64,000 nucleotides of DNA from Antedon mediterranea. Taxonomy: Eukaryota > Animalia > Echinodermata. The stretch lies in contig NC_092677.1 of NCBI RefSeq assembly GCF_964355755.1, positions 4,114,101 through 4,178,100 of the forward strand, read 5' to 3'. This document shows positions 1 to 14,900 of the stretch, piece by piece. The notes under the pieces were generated by a model. It did not search any database. It worked only from the letters and a program-made list of their open reading frames with translations, and had not been told where the DNA came from. The number at the start of each line of letters is the position of its first letter. Position 1 is the first letter of the stretch. The translations under genes were made by a program, and so were the position numbers.

Positions 1-2469
1 GTGGGGGCATTGAAGGTGGTCTATAATAATGTTGGTGGGAGGTACAATTGTTAACGCAAAACTAGATAACTTCTAAAGAGTTTTACAAAGCAGAAAATGG
101 TTTTAAAGACCATAAGAAAAATGTAAAATATTTGCAAAAGACAAGGTTTTTGATTGGATGATACATATGCCCTTCATCGGTATTGAACACAATGTTTTTG
201 ATGGAAATATATTTTAATATTAACCTATATTTTCAATGTCAACAAAATAAACAAATTGTCATTTTTTCAATATTCTTTTAAAGATTGATATTAATTAGTG
301 GTAAACAGGAGACCAACTGGGTTTGAAGTTCATTGACCTTTGTGCAATTCTTGGTTGTTTTTGCATCATGGTATTGGAAATTATTTGTTTTGAACATCAC
401 ATTTGAAGCCTGTATGATATACCATAACCCTTAATCTAATCATGATACAGGCACCACGTGTGATACTGTATTGCAGAATCTGCGAGATAATCTGAAAAAT
501 ATTCATATATGAAAATACAATACAGAAAATCAGTTTGAAAATAATACACTGAATATAATATACAATGTAGTTAAACATTTTAAATAATTTATTAATATCA
601 TCAACAATTAGTTCAGCAGATAAAAAACAATTGGATATAATAATATTAACAGAGCAATGTGACAATAAGTTAAACTTATGTATATATTACACAGTATATT
701 ATGCTATAAATGTACATGTTGTAAAGATGTGTCCTTATAGACATACAGTACCATATCACATAAATGACATATATTTGGCCAAAAAAATAAATAAATATCA
801 ATTGTCAAATTGATATTGATAAATGTTGAACATTGATTCTAGCAGACAGACTTAATTGTGGAAAAGTTTTATCAGATTTCATCTTTCGTTTATTGGCTTT
901 ATGTGTTTTATCGTGCTTTGGGTTGGGAGCACTTCCTGTGCCAAGACTTGACTAGAAACTGTTTTAGCCCGAAAAAAAATGGAAGAAAAGCATTCAAAAT
1001 TATGTCGTTGTTATGCAAATGGAGTAGTTTACTTTAGGCACAGGTATGTATGTGAAGTCGTAGACACGTGCTGGGATGTGCAGTAGTAATTAGGTAGCTT
1101 TAGGGAGCAACAACCAACGACGTTAGGAACAAGGTCATGTCAAAATTCATTGTGCTAACGCCGGGAAGTTGGGAAATCACTCTATTTCCTGACTTTTTTT
1201 GTATTTTAAAGTTCAGACTATAAGACCAACGATGCATCAATGCGCATAGTCTATAAAATATGCGGAAAAGTAAAAGACCCATACTGTAACAAATAAAAAC
1301 ACCCTCAGATCATCAAAAGGGTTAAATATTAGAATGCCTTATTGTACTGTATATACAGTACGCTTGCAATACGCGTTCAAGAATTTGTTCAAACCTAATG
1401 TATTAATACGGGTACAGATGGCTGTGTACCTAACAATATGTGAGGACATTTGTAAAAGGGTTTTAACAGGTAAATATATTTACAGTCCTGTCTATAGTTT
1501 AAAAAAAAACCTGGAATGTTTATTATTTTACAATAAATTAAGATTAATTAATTACAAACATACAGAATTTTATATCAAGGTCCAGGTGGAAAAATATAGA
1601 AGAGGTCTGTTTTTCTGTAGAGCAAAACAAAAAAACAAAAATAGTCTAGGGAGCTTTTATTAGTTTAGAAGATTGATGCATTGCTGTCAATATTTCTTTG
1701 CTGTATGGTTGTATATTATAAAAAAAAATATTTTATAATAATTCACAAATATTATAAAAATGAAATATACTGCATATATAGCCAGTTCACATTGAAATAA
1801 TTATGGTGCTTTAGCACAAAACACTTTATATAATCTAAACAGTACATTTAAGGTTTGTTGAATTGTAATACTGTAATATAAACACACACGCACCAGGGAG
1901 TTGTAATTAATTATTAACTCCATACACACACTAAGCAACCATGTTTAATAATGATCATACCTTGAAACTTCATTCTTATAAAATACATACATAACGAAAA
2001 TTTGTTAATAAACAATTCTTGATTTCATAGTATTACAACTACCAGAAGAAGTTCGAACAAGCTTTACAGCACCATACAACAACATACCTTTAATTAATGC
2101 AGAAAAATCGCAATAAATATTGTAAATGTTATGTTTCAGAATTTGTTTAGACTTCCGTCAATTGGAAGGCAATTTTAACCTTTTTTTGGTAAAGCCAGAA
2201 ACACAAATCGCCACTTAAAAATACCTGTACTCAAACTTAATGGGCCATGGGACCATTTTCATAATTTGACACAATTTAGCAGCCTAAACATGGTTTGTTT
2301 GTTTGCAAATATACAGTTGAGTTTGTTAAAGTCCAAACCAGGTCATAAAATATGTTTTAAGTTAAGTGAATTTTAACAGATATAGCTCAGGTTTATTGAC
2401 ATTTCTAGGATATCACAAAGCTTGGAGCAGACCCAAGATATTCTGTATTAAATATGAGATACATATAAT

Positions 2470-2757
2470 GAGTGGCCGAGCGGTTAAGTTAGTTAGTGGA
2501 ACCATAATTAATTTTTTTTAGTCTTCTCTGATAAGGACTATAAATTGTAGGTCCAGTGTTCACATCTAATCTAGCTTACTTTAAAGAAGCTAGTACATCT
2601 TTCGACACAAGTAGAGATTTAGTCCGGTGTACTAGTCCACACACACAGCACTATGCAATTGGTACTGGACCGTTTTAGAGGTGTTTACCACCTGTTGGTT
2701 CCATTCTTCACTAATGTACAGTACATCTTAGTGAGAAATTTGAATAAATAAAAAAAA
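2470..2757 (+). mobile_element. tRNA-derived SINE (Deu/Nin-like core), internally deleted, antisense in the ADCY 3'UTR
   Basis: A-box-like gtggccgagcggttaag; core gataaggactataaa...gtcc...taaagaa; A-rich tail aataaataaaaaaa. Confidence 0.6.
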
Positions 2758-2774
2758 CAATTCTCAAATAAAAA

Positions 2775-2933
2775 TCAGTAGACAGAACTAAGGTTAGCGG
2801 ATTGTGATATAGATCTGTTCATCTTCTTTACTAAGTACGTCTTCAGATTGCCTTTTCCTTTAATGGACACAAATCCACGGCTTTCGCAAGTAAAGCCCAG
2901 CTCATTCAATACGCTGGCAGTCTCCTCTGTAAC
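2775..2933 (-). CDS. ADCY2: ADCY last coding exon (VTEET...RG..IKGKG.LKTY...SVY*)
   Basis: cag acceptor; TGA at 2777-2775. Confidence 0.94.
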   Translation of the reverse strand, partial: VTEETASVLNELGFTCESRGFVSIKGKGNLKTYLVKKMNRSISQSANLSSVY

Positions 2934-5900
2934 CTGGTGTAAAAGAAACAATGATAATAAATGTCATTGAAAAAACAATTACCAATGCATACCAATACTA
3001 ATTTTTACATATAACATACCAATTATTACCAATACCAATTATTTTACCAATACCAATTGTTTTACCAATACATACCATTACGAATATATACCAATCATTA
3101 CCAATACAGGGTACATACATTACTAATACATACCTGTACCAATTATCTAACCAATGCATGCCTATACACAAACACACAAACCTGAATGTTTCCAATAACG
3201 CCACACGAGTCCATTCGGCTGGCAACATTCACAGTGTTTCCCCATATATCATATTGTGGTTTACGTGCCCCAATTACACCAGCAACTACGGGACCATGAT
3301 TTATACCTAAACAAAACAAAAAGTTAATTTACATTTGTAAACATTTTTTTACATGTGTTTTCTCGGTTAATCAGCAGGCCTCCCTCACATAGAAGACGGT
3401 TATAATACCATGAAAGCCCCCAGTGGTCTAATAGTTAAACATCTGCATATCAAGAAGAAGGTGTTGGGTTCGAATCTCGGTTGGGGCGACTTTTTCTCAT
3501 TTCACAGATTTCCTCATCTTATTAAGTTAATGAATTAAATTCCTGTTGTGTTAATATTATAATATATAATACAGAATTCATTGCGAATGTTACCTTACCT
3601 ATTCTAAGCTCAAATTCATTAAATGAATGTTTGTTTAGTTGCTCTAGTTTGGTTTGCATTGACATCGCAAATTCAGTCAGGACGCCAACGTAATACAAGG
3701 CTTGTCGCTGGCAAGCTTGATCCTAATAACAAACAAAAAACAATTTTGATATGAGCCTTATTCATCTATTTCAAAAATAAATCTAAACTAGAGATACTAT
3801 ATTCCATAGAATATAAACCTAGAATTTGTGACCTTTGACTCTACACTGACTCCAACACTTTTACCATGGAGCTATCTAAATTTGTAGCTCTATGATTTCA
3901 CTATTTGATTGAAATCACAGCCCAGGGTAAAAATATAATCTTTCTAAATATTTAGTATAGCACCCTTTATTTGTGACCTTTGAACTTACGCTTTCCAAAC
4001 CCTGTCCAAACTTGGAAAAGTAAGCTTTAATACAGAGTGAGGCTTGCGCAAAAGTAAACAATTATATTAAAAACTTAGACAAAAAGTTAAGTAGTTGGTT
4101 TATATTTAACATTAATAAAGATGATATACCATATATTTTAAACCATATCTAAAAATGTATAAATGTATATAAAATGTATAATTTCTAATATATCTATGAA
4201 CTTTCTGAACATTCATTCAAAGACTAAAATAGTTTCTAGGCACAGAAACCAATAATTATTTTTTTCCAGGTGTTTGGCTTCCTTTTTGTGTCTTAAACAA
4301 AGAACCAAATGATGTCCTTGGATGTTTTTTTAAATATTCCTAATTGTTATTTTTAGATATATTTTGAGGCCATTTACTTCCTGTCAGCTCTTTGGCTAAA
4401 ACCAGTTGCATAACACAACAGGCAATGGCCCTTGGTTTAGCACTCCTTAAGGAGCCTCAATGATGAGTAGTTGCATTGGGCTGCTTATGCTCTGGGGTTC
4501 CTAAAGCTTGTGGGGTCCCTAAAGTTCTAGGGCCCAGGGGTTTAGCCAGTGAGCGCTCATAGCCATTACACCACTGGCTAAAACATTATTTAGGATGATC
4601 GTTGTTAGGCAGCCTAGATGCCCTACTGGTCTAACTTTTATCTAGCCTACTTTACAAAAAATAGCCTTTTGTCCTCTTTACTACTAAGTTAAGGAGAATG
4701 ATCACCTACTGGTCTAAGATAGTCAAAATGTTATGTTATTGTCCCTGCTTCCTTTATCATTATCCCTACCTTGTAGGCATCATTAAATGATGAGTCATTA
4801 TTCTCGTTGTCCTGGTGTAGGCCTGCAGCTGCCATGTATGTACTCCCTATCGTTTTGATCTTCTCAACACAGCTGTATTTTGGTTTTGATAACAACTGTA
4901 ACAAAAATGTATTACGTAAAACTTTGAAAAGAAGCCCCTGGGTTCTTTTTGAAAGAAGAAGCCCATTTGAAAATAAGCCCCTTCTTTGGTTTGAAAAAGT
5001 AATCTCGAAAAGGAGCCCATCTTGAAAAGAAGCGCACCTAAAATTCCTAAAAAAACCTTTAAAGGATTTCTTTTCAAGATGGGGGAAAATGCAGCAATTG
5101 ACGATAGGGGCTGAAATGGAACAGAACACCAGGGTAACTATCTACTCTTTTTTAAAATGCCCACAGAAATGTGCATTACCTCCAGTTTAAATTTTCGAGT
5201 TTTCTTAAAACAAAGTTTCGAAAATATGGAAGGGTCGAGCTCACCTCATCAAAATCAGCGATGATTTCATTAAGTAACCTTAAGCATTCTAAACCTTCTT
5301 TATTAATGTCCGTTTCCATATAAAATTCTTTAAAATTAGGAATAGAGGCAAACATCACAGCTATCAAACTGTATGACTGATGGTACAGTTCCTAGAAAGA
5401 GATTAAAACAGGTAAGTAGTAAAACCCCTAATAAGGGGACACCAACAAGACCAACAACACTTAACATTGACCCTAGTTCATTTCACAGGAAGATATAAGA
5501 AATTCTAATTTGAATAAGACTCATCAAATTTAAAGAATAATTTTACTTTGTTTAAAATAAGCTTAAGTAAATATTTTTGCCTTCTTACGAATGATGTTCA
5601 TTCTATGTAGGTTTGATAAATAATAATAAAGCCTGAGTTTTTCAATTAAGCACTTTTTAACTATCTTGACTTAAGCAAAACGATTGATACATTTCAGCAT
5701 GCAAATACTTTTAACAGTTGCCTACATCAGCTTTTATCTTCCTTCTTAGAAAGTGGCCTGCTACATTCTCTGGAAGCATGTTCTCAAGGAGTACTTTGTT
5801 AAGAGATTCCATCGTTTCAACTTCTTCTCTCTCAACTCTGAACTTCATTTGCCATAAGAAGCCTAATCTTGACATGTAACAAAGCTGAAATATAAAAACA

Positions 5901-8900
5901 CAGAACACCATTAAGAAATGAATAAAAGTCTTGTCTACACTATCAAACTTTGTGACAACAAAATGTGATGTACCCATATATGGACATGATGATGTCATAT
6001 CACTACCATATTTGGGAATATCACCAGCAGTATACCACTCTTGGCAAACATCCCTTCCTAAAACATCTTTACCCCAAACATTGCCTCAAACTAATTCTTC
6101 TCCATTTTTTCAAACCAATTCACTCACAAAATTACCTAACACAAGTTGTAACATAACATGTTTCTCCCAATTTGAACCCCACCACCTACCTGTCTGTCTA
6201 GCAGAAGCAGTGTAATACATATCAAAGCCAGTTGAACTGTCATAGATACTGCCATAGGTATACGTTTATCTTCACTGAAATACCAAAATAAATAAATAAA
6301 ACAAAAATGTAAATATGGTTACAAATCTCTATTCTACTTGTTTAAAACCCATCCTTAACCAACATTTTAGAGGCCAGAAATATTTAAAAAAAAACTTTTA
6401 AACAATAATTCATAAAATTCTAGTTTTGAAGGCCCTGTTTCTGAGAGAGAGTACAGAAGGTGGGATTTAATACAGGTACAATAATGTTCTATTAATTTTC
6501 TAATTGCTAATCATATCCAATGCTTTTTTAAAACCCTGTTAACTTTTAGTAGAGGTGTTATAATTTGTGAATTTTACTCTTAAATTTTAAAAATTAAATT
6601 ATTTACCCATCTGTTGTTTGATCATCAATTGTAAAAACAGATTTATGGGTGAGGTGGAGAATTAAACAGTACAAAACAAAACTGATTGCCATGACAACTG
6701 ATTTCAGGAGGAATCCCATCTTCATAAACATCATTACTGTTAACATTGCTAGCATGGCGGAAAATGGAAGATACTGAAAGGAAAAAATCACTTATTAAAT
6801 GCCAAAAAAACTGGTTATTTACTGCAAAAGCAAATAAATTGATTGATTGATTGAAATATATATTTCAATCAATCAATCAGTATAAAGGTAACACATTTAA
6901 GAATTTTTTATCAGATGACAGTTAAAGAATGATAATTTTTTATCAGGTGATGATTGAAGAATAATTGTACTATCATTATTATTATTGTTATTTAAAAATG
7001 GTATAAAAAAGTACATAAAAACATACTAAAGAATGTTACATTTAGTTTAAAAAAAAAGTGAAAAAAAAGTGATGATATTGATTAATTTTACGCTATGTTA
7101 TTTATGTTGAAATGACTATTGAATTAAAGAACTTGAACTGTATATATTGTACAACTAATATATTGCATTATTAATTTTGTTTTAATAAATAAATGTATTC
7201 ATATCTTATTTTTTCTAATGATGATGTATTACTATTTAATTTTTAAAATTTTTATTTGAAGAAACATATCTTTATAAACATTTACAAAACGAAAGTATAC
7301 CTATATACTTAATGAATGTTGTTATCCAGGTATATTCAAATTATATAATATGCACACAATGACATTCTTAAATCCCTTTAATTTATTGACATCTTACATA
7401 ATTGAACATGTGTTCTTATATAAGATGTTTGCAATGCCTTTTGTTGGTGTACATTTTGTATAATCTTGTGTTTATTCACTGATCATGGTAGGACCATACC
7501 GAAACATGTATGCAAATTTTCAGCTTAACAGAAGTTTTTTTCAAGGATTTTACAAGATACAAGATAACTTTATTGTCAAAATTGTTAACAATTTCGAGAT
7601 ATGTTTTGTACCTGAGTAGAATAAATAATACGATGTGATAACTATATAAATAAATAAAAATGATACAAGTGACTATCTTGAAAAGTTTTTGTTAAATAAA
7701 TTGCCGCATGCTATGTACATTGGTGAAAATCTGAAACGGTTTGTGGAAATTTTTTCCTGTGTCAGTCTAACCCTTCCTGATCTACGTATAATGATGTCTG
7801 AATGTAATGGGTGTGATGGGTCTTGCATAATTGTGTCAAATTTCTTAAGTATGAACATATTAAACATTTCATCTAAAGATTTCACTTCTACACCGATAAC
7901 TCTGCTGGCCTTGTTTACTAATCTCTGAATTTGACTTTTACTGTTTACATTGATATGAGAAAACCAAACAATAATACAATAAGAAATGATTGATTGAACA
8001 ACAGAGGAATAAAACATATAAATGAGATGAGAACTAACATTAAACCGTTTCATTTTGTATATAAATACATTCTCTTATTAGCCTTGGTACGGAGTTCTTT
8101 AATGTTGCTCTCCCAATTTAGTTTATTATCAATTATTAATCCCAAGTATACTTATGACTTTCTACTATTTCAACAATTTCATTATCGATTTCAATATTTA
8201 CATGATTAGTTTTATTTTTCCTTCTAAAATCGACAATAACCTCTTTAGTTTTTTTGGCATTTAGTTCAAGAAAATTTTGTTTACACCAGACTTACAAAAT
8301 GTTCAACATATTCATTAAACAGGGATGTATTATTATTTGAAATTAAACCAACTAGGCAAGTATCATCTGCAAACTTAACATTGAATGATTATTTTATTTG
8401 AGTCTACTTGTCAATCGTAAATTTGCTGATCCAGCAGGCTTGGGTATAAAATTTGACAAAAAATATAGGTGGAATTAAATTAAATTAAAAATGGAATCTT
8501 TTCTTGTGTTCAAGTTGTGTACGTAGCGGACGCATACATTCAGAAATGATAGTGTGAAGGAAAATAAAATAAGATATGTTTTATGTTTTCTTAAAAAACC
8601 ACTCACAGCTGGGAATTCGCATTCTGTAGTTGATAACTTGTTGACACCAGTTGTCACTGTTGATTGTATGATGGTTAAATTGTTTACTCCAATGACATCA
8701 TTCACAATATCATTTTTGTAAACAAACAATTCTGTTGCGTTTTGTTGCTGATTGGCTAGGATGGGATATTTACTAGGTACAGGTGGTGGACAGTCTATCT
8801 GTTGGTAAAACACATAGAGGTTATAAAATTAGAATAGAGAATACTCCTACCATAAAGGTATTATACTAGAGAACTAGAGTGTCAACTTAGTTATTCACTA

Positions 8901-11900
8901 ATATGGCTGCACCTTCTATCAGATATTCAATAGACACTGTGATATCAACACAACATTTACCAACAAATGATTAATTTCACAATTAGTTAATTAACAATTA
9001 CATTTATATCCCTGTACAGTAATATTAAAAACTGATTTTGGCTTTCATATTTTAAATCATAAATTTTATAAATAGATACAGGGAAAATTTTGAGATGTCA
9101 TCATTTCGCTGCTGCTGAGCTCTCTCTAGTTATATAATACCTCTATAAATTCAACTATTAAAATCAACTAGGATTTTGTAAAGCTCAAAATCCTATCAAC
9201 AGAGAGCAGTAATCACATATTTATGAACAGATACGGTAGCCATTCTACGAAAGCCCATTAATGCCATTTTAAGTATATGTTTTTCGAACGTAATCCGTTC
9301 TAACGAATTAGTAATTCGTTTGAACGGATTAATAATCTGTTCAAACGAATTAGGAATCCGCCCAAACGAATTAGTAATCAGTTTAAACAAATTATTAATT
9401 TGTTTAAACAAATTACTAATTTGTTTAAACGGATTAGTAATTCGTTTGAACAAATTAGTAATCCGTTTGAACAAATTAGTAATTCGTTTGAACGGATTAG
9501 TAATTCGTTTGAACGGATTAGTAATCCGTTTAAACGAATTACAACATATACTTTAAATGGCACTTGTTGTATATGTTGCAATTCGTTTGAACGGATTACT
9601 AATTCGTTTGAACAGATTATTAATCCGTTCAAACGAATTACTAATTCGTTAGAACGGATTACGTTCGAAAAACATATACTTAAAATGGCATTAATGGGCT
9701 TTCGTACCATTCTGAGGAGAATTCTCTGCACTGTTCACTGTCATTTAGTTGATTCTGTATGCGTAGCCTCAGCAAGGCATTATGTACCAACCAATCAACA
9801 GAGGGCAGTAAACATATAATTGTTGAAATCATGATGTTCACAGAGGAATTGATCATACTCAATAACGGATATCCAGGCTGTCGCTTAGAGTTATGGGTTG
9901 AAGATAAAGCTAGGCCTTATTGTATAAAAGCCAAAGCACCCATAGATCAATATGGAAAGACTATAAAAAACTATGCTGATGAGGAACTGTATATTCTGCA
10001 ACAGTGTAATTTATGATTAGTCTTTGTTGTGTTGTGTGACTGTGACATACATTTTGGTGCATAATGATGATGATTTAAGGAATATTTATCCATTCATTCA
10101 ATCAACAATTACAATTATACGATGGAAGGCAGCCAAAGGCTTAAATGTGTACATTCACCTAGATAAAAACATCAAATTATATTGTACACTTAAAGATTTT
10201 GTCCCTCAAAAACATAAACAATGAAGATAAATTAAATCAGACTTTGAATAGGTTATTCAATAGAATAAATCTCTTCCATAGAAAAAAAAAATTAAAAAAA
10301 AATGTTATCACTTATAATATGAATAAATAACTGGTTAAATTCAACCAAAAACTCATTGTGCTTTAAATTACAGTTTTTAAAGTAAATAATTTTTTTTCGA
10401 TCCAATTTTTTGTCAAAGTGGATAACTACTATGTTACATTAATGTCATATTCAACAACAAACAATTGTAAGAATTGGGAACATGTTAACAGAATTTGAAA
10501 ATATAAACATACAATTGGCCTTATTAGAAAAGTCCACAAAGTAAGTGCAGCAAACACATAAACAGGAAGTGAATCAAAAAAGATAATATTTTCCTCGTAA
10601 TACCCAGTAGCAACGCACTTTAATTTATGGTATAGGACAGGTTGCGGATCTTTCAGTAGTGCTTTAGGTAAATCAGTAATCATTACAATTTATTGATCTC
10701 AGAAACTGAAAGTGTCTTAGAATTTTGTTAAAATGTAATGGTTAACATTCAGTATGCAAATCAAAAATACTTTTGAATATTGTTGAAATTAAAACAACAC
10801 AGGATTAATTTTAATCCTCCAGTAACAATAAATGAATGTACAAGCTGGTAGTCGTTTGGTCATAACAAAGTAAATCAAACCGATCCCTTTCAGATGAGCA
10901 AATATAACGTTGTCTCATGCCTGATAAAATTAAAATTAGTTTGAAAGCAAGTGTATCAGGTTCTGCATATTACTTACCACATTCACAAACGCAACTAATA
11001 GCGTAATGGAGACGGTAATCAGTGCAATAGCACAGCGTAGCGATCTGTTAGACGATACCATCTGAGCTATCCAATTTGCTGTCAATTTTTTGTGACACTA
11101 TCGGAATAAATAATATTATTATAATTATTAGTATCTATTTTTTTTATAGTGTATAAATTTTGTTCTTTCATTGTAAATGTTATGTGTATGTGTGTGCGCA
11201 GAGGAAAAAAAAATAAAATAGTCAAGTCCATCAGCTTAAACAGGCAAGAACAATACAGATATATTTATCAAGGGGCGATTTTTATACATATAATTTACAA
11301 AAAGTTTAAAATTTCATTTTTGTTAAAAGGGGGTAGTACATCCCCTAGTGCCATTCCCCTGGATCCGCCCCTGTTTTTTATTGTATTAATGTGTTAACAC
11401 AATTGGAAAAAAAAAATTAGGTTTATAAGTATACTCCCTTCTCCATGACTTGTGCAAAGGCTTATACCTAAGGAATATCTTTATTGGGTAATTACTGCAA
11501 GAGTGGACAGAAATATTATAGAGAGGAATCAAATGGGTGCTAATTTAGGTAATCAAAACACACGAATGATAGCTTACTAGAAGTTGATCAGCCATACCCA
11601 CAATAAGAACACAGAGAAGAAGAAGACAGCCAACCGTGAAAGAGATGTAGAGCAGAGGCGTCTTACGCATCGTCAAAAACTGGCCAGCTGCGATACATAT
11701 AAATATGAAGAAAGATGTTCCAATGTAGTACTTGAAAGATGGGTCTGCCAGCTCACTATACTGTAATGAAAACAAAACAATTATTTGGGGATCATTTCAA
11801 ATTTATTCTATTGCAGTTACTGCAGAAAATACATTTATTTTATTGCAATAATGTATGGTTTACTTTTAAGAGGAAATTTAATTACAATAACCCCTTTTTT

Positions 11901-14900
11901 CTAGTTGCTTAATTTTCTGTAGATGCTGTAATTGTAAGTTGTAATTAATCTGGTTTTTTTTTTCTGTTTTTTTGGTCTTTCCTTGCCTTTTATTTGTATT
12001 TGGTAGATGTTAGAATGAGTAAAACAGAGGCAGTCATGGCAAAATAAACAGCATGTAGAAACAAAATTTCTAAATAATTACTGGAATTGTAGTTACTGCA
12101 GTATAATAATAGTTTTTTGCAGTATTGCAGACAAAGAATGTTAAACTAATTTGCACATTTGTTACATAAAAGATCTAATAACACAGAGGAATAATTTATA
12201 GCATTTTTTTAGTATCAGTGTTAAATACTTTTTTAATTGCTTGATGAGATGGCATTTTTAAATGTGTCAACCAATTATAATTTGATAAATAGGTAATTAA
12301 GAAAGCACTGTGAAATTGAACCGTTTAAAAAAAATAAGAATTGAGATATTTCAAATTTATGACTCCATTTCTTGTAATATTTTCAGTTCAACATGGAGAA
12401 TTTGGTTAGAAGCGGCATACATAAAGCTCTGTCTACACTATAAAACTAATTTGATGTGCCAAATTTGGTAGTGAATTTTAGTGTTTAGTTTTTCTTACCC
12501 TTTTTTCCCAGTTGTCCACTTTGAATATCATGGTACCAAATTCTAAATCGTCAGAGTTCATGCATAACCGACTGAAATAATGAAAAAAATTAAATTTAAA
12601 TACGTCTTTTTATACCACATCTTTATAGTCTCTGTTCCATGTGTACAATAAACTACCAGGTAATATTTAATTAATTATGGTCTATATGTTATGGTGCCTC
12701 CATAACACATAGAAGGTTCTAGTTCAAGACTTTCTTCACTCAAATTGTATCATCTTCACTGTTAATAGTAATGTTTCATTTTCACAGTGCACCACTAGAC
12801 TATGTGTCTATTGCGGATGCTTAGTACAAGAGTGTGCCTAGAATGAACTTTTGATTCTTCTAGGTACATAGTTGTATAGTTTTATTTTATATGCATCCAA
12901 CAGCAAGTAACACACCAATTACAAGATGGATAAACTATTTAATAATTTATGATGCTTATAAACTAAGTCTCATTGAAGTTGAAAGAGTCATGAGTTACAA
13001 CCCTGGCACTAGGTCAGGACCGAACCCTGGACCTTTGGATTGGAAGGCAAACATGTTAACGACCAAGCTACAGATATTATTTATTGAAGGAGTATTGCTA
13101 GGTGGTTCAAAATATGTTTTTTGTAATCAAAAATAATATTCCTTCATTTATATAAATAATGTGAAAGTATATTGACATAAGTTATTTATAAGACTTTTTT
13201 TGTAATTGGCACAGAATTTTATGACCCCAAACAAATGTTGTCGTGACAAATCATAGTAAAATCAGGGTTTAAAACATATTATTTTTATTGCAGTATTAAC
13301 TTTGCAAAAGCTGAAAGGTGACATTTAACAGTGCACTTCATAATAGTGACACAGTTTCCAATTTTACACTTTAACAGTTATTTTGTATTGTCTTTGAAAA
13401 CATATTGGTTAAATGTCATCTGAATGTCCTTGTTTCACACATAACATCGACATCACGTCAAGAGAAATAGGACACTTAATGTTAAAGTTATAAATAGCTA
13501 TAATCTTAATGTTATATATAAACACACACTAGACAAATTACTAAATACAAATGTGAAATGCAACAATTAATATAATCATTTTTTACCGCATTTAAAATTT
13601 CAAAATGTACATAGCAATGAATGCAGTAATGCATGTGTACGACTGAATTTGTTGCCGAAGTATTTTTAGTAGCATGATGGTGAGAATTATGGTCTTATTA
13701 CAGATATATAAAGTCAGCGAGTCAAGGCCAAAGATAGGAGCTACGTTGAGTCCATGGTTGCTTCATGACATGTTTTCGCAGCCGACTCTCCCAATGTCAA
13801 ATGTAATACATCCTTTGACAAAAAAAGAGGTTACTTTGCGTTGCCATACTTATTTCACATTAATTGGTCAGGTAAATCAAACCCATGACCTCCAGATCAC
13901 TAACCTGGTGTTCATACCTCTAGACCACCAAGGTTGTGCTTATGGCTAGGGTTAGATTCAAGACAATATCTCTGTCTACACTATCAAACTAGTGTGACAA
14001 AATAAGTGTGATGTGCCCATATATGGTAGTGATATGCTTAAATATGGTAGTGATATGACATCATTGTGTCCATATATGGGCACATCACATTTTGTTGTCA
14101 TATAAAGTTTGATAGTGTAGACAAGGCTTAGAAGCTTAGCATTATCATCATGGATAGATAATGGCTGCAAAGAATATGACATGACAGACTCATAGGAGAT
14201 GAGCATGTTATATAAAACATTAAATCGACCAAGCCTTCTGGCATTTATAAAATATCGCTATATAAAATAAAATATAAATCCTTTACTTTTCGGAATTAAT
14301 GCCGTCAATTGCTTCATACATCCTCTCGTTTACACGTCTGTCAAACATGATAGAATGGCGATGAATTCTGAAAGAAAAAAAACTCATCTGTTACTCTACT
14401 GCATGACAGAGTAGCGGTGAATAAAACCGATACATTATATTCTAATATAGGCCAATTTTATATCATAGAATGACAATGAATTCTGAGAAAAAAGAAAGAA
14501 AATGATTTATCACAATAAACAATATCTAGTTTTATAAATATTTAATATATATATTTTTTTCATTTTGTTTTGTTTACTGCTATGTTCAATAAAACAACTC
14601 TTTCTTTGATCTTAGATTTAACATTGGGAATTTTTAATTTCTGTTGGTGTTAAGCTTTTATTAGTCGAAACAACACCTCATTAAAGTTTGTCAAAAAGTT
14701 GAATTTGATCTTCTCTCCTTCCTATGACAAACAGAGACATTTTAAAACATATATTAACCGTTAAAAAAAATAATATCAATAAGCACAAAATAAGTATTAC
14801 ACATCTTCTTAAAATCTATATAAAAATTCCAGAATATCTAAGTATACCGATACTTACTTGGCATTGTGTTCCATTATTGATAATGGGAATAGGCAGGTGT

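Noticed and set aside
381-1663. Short ORFs downstream of the cyclase
   Set aside because: AT-rich chance ORFs without domain motifs; probably 3'UTR or intergenic.
9196-9819. Four overlapping heptad-like ORFs
   Set aside because: By-product of the 21-bp repeats in a palindromic MITE.
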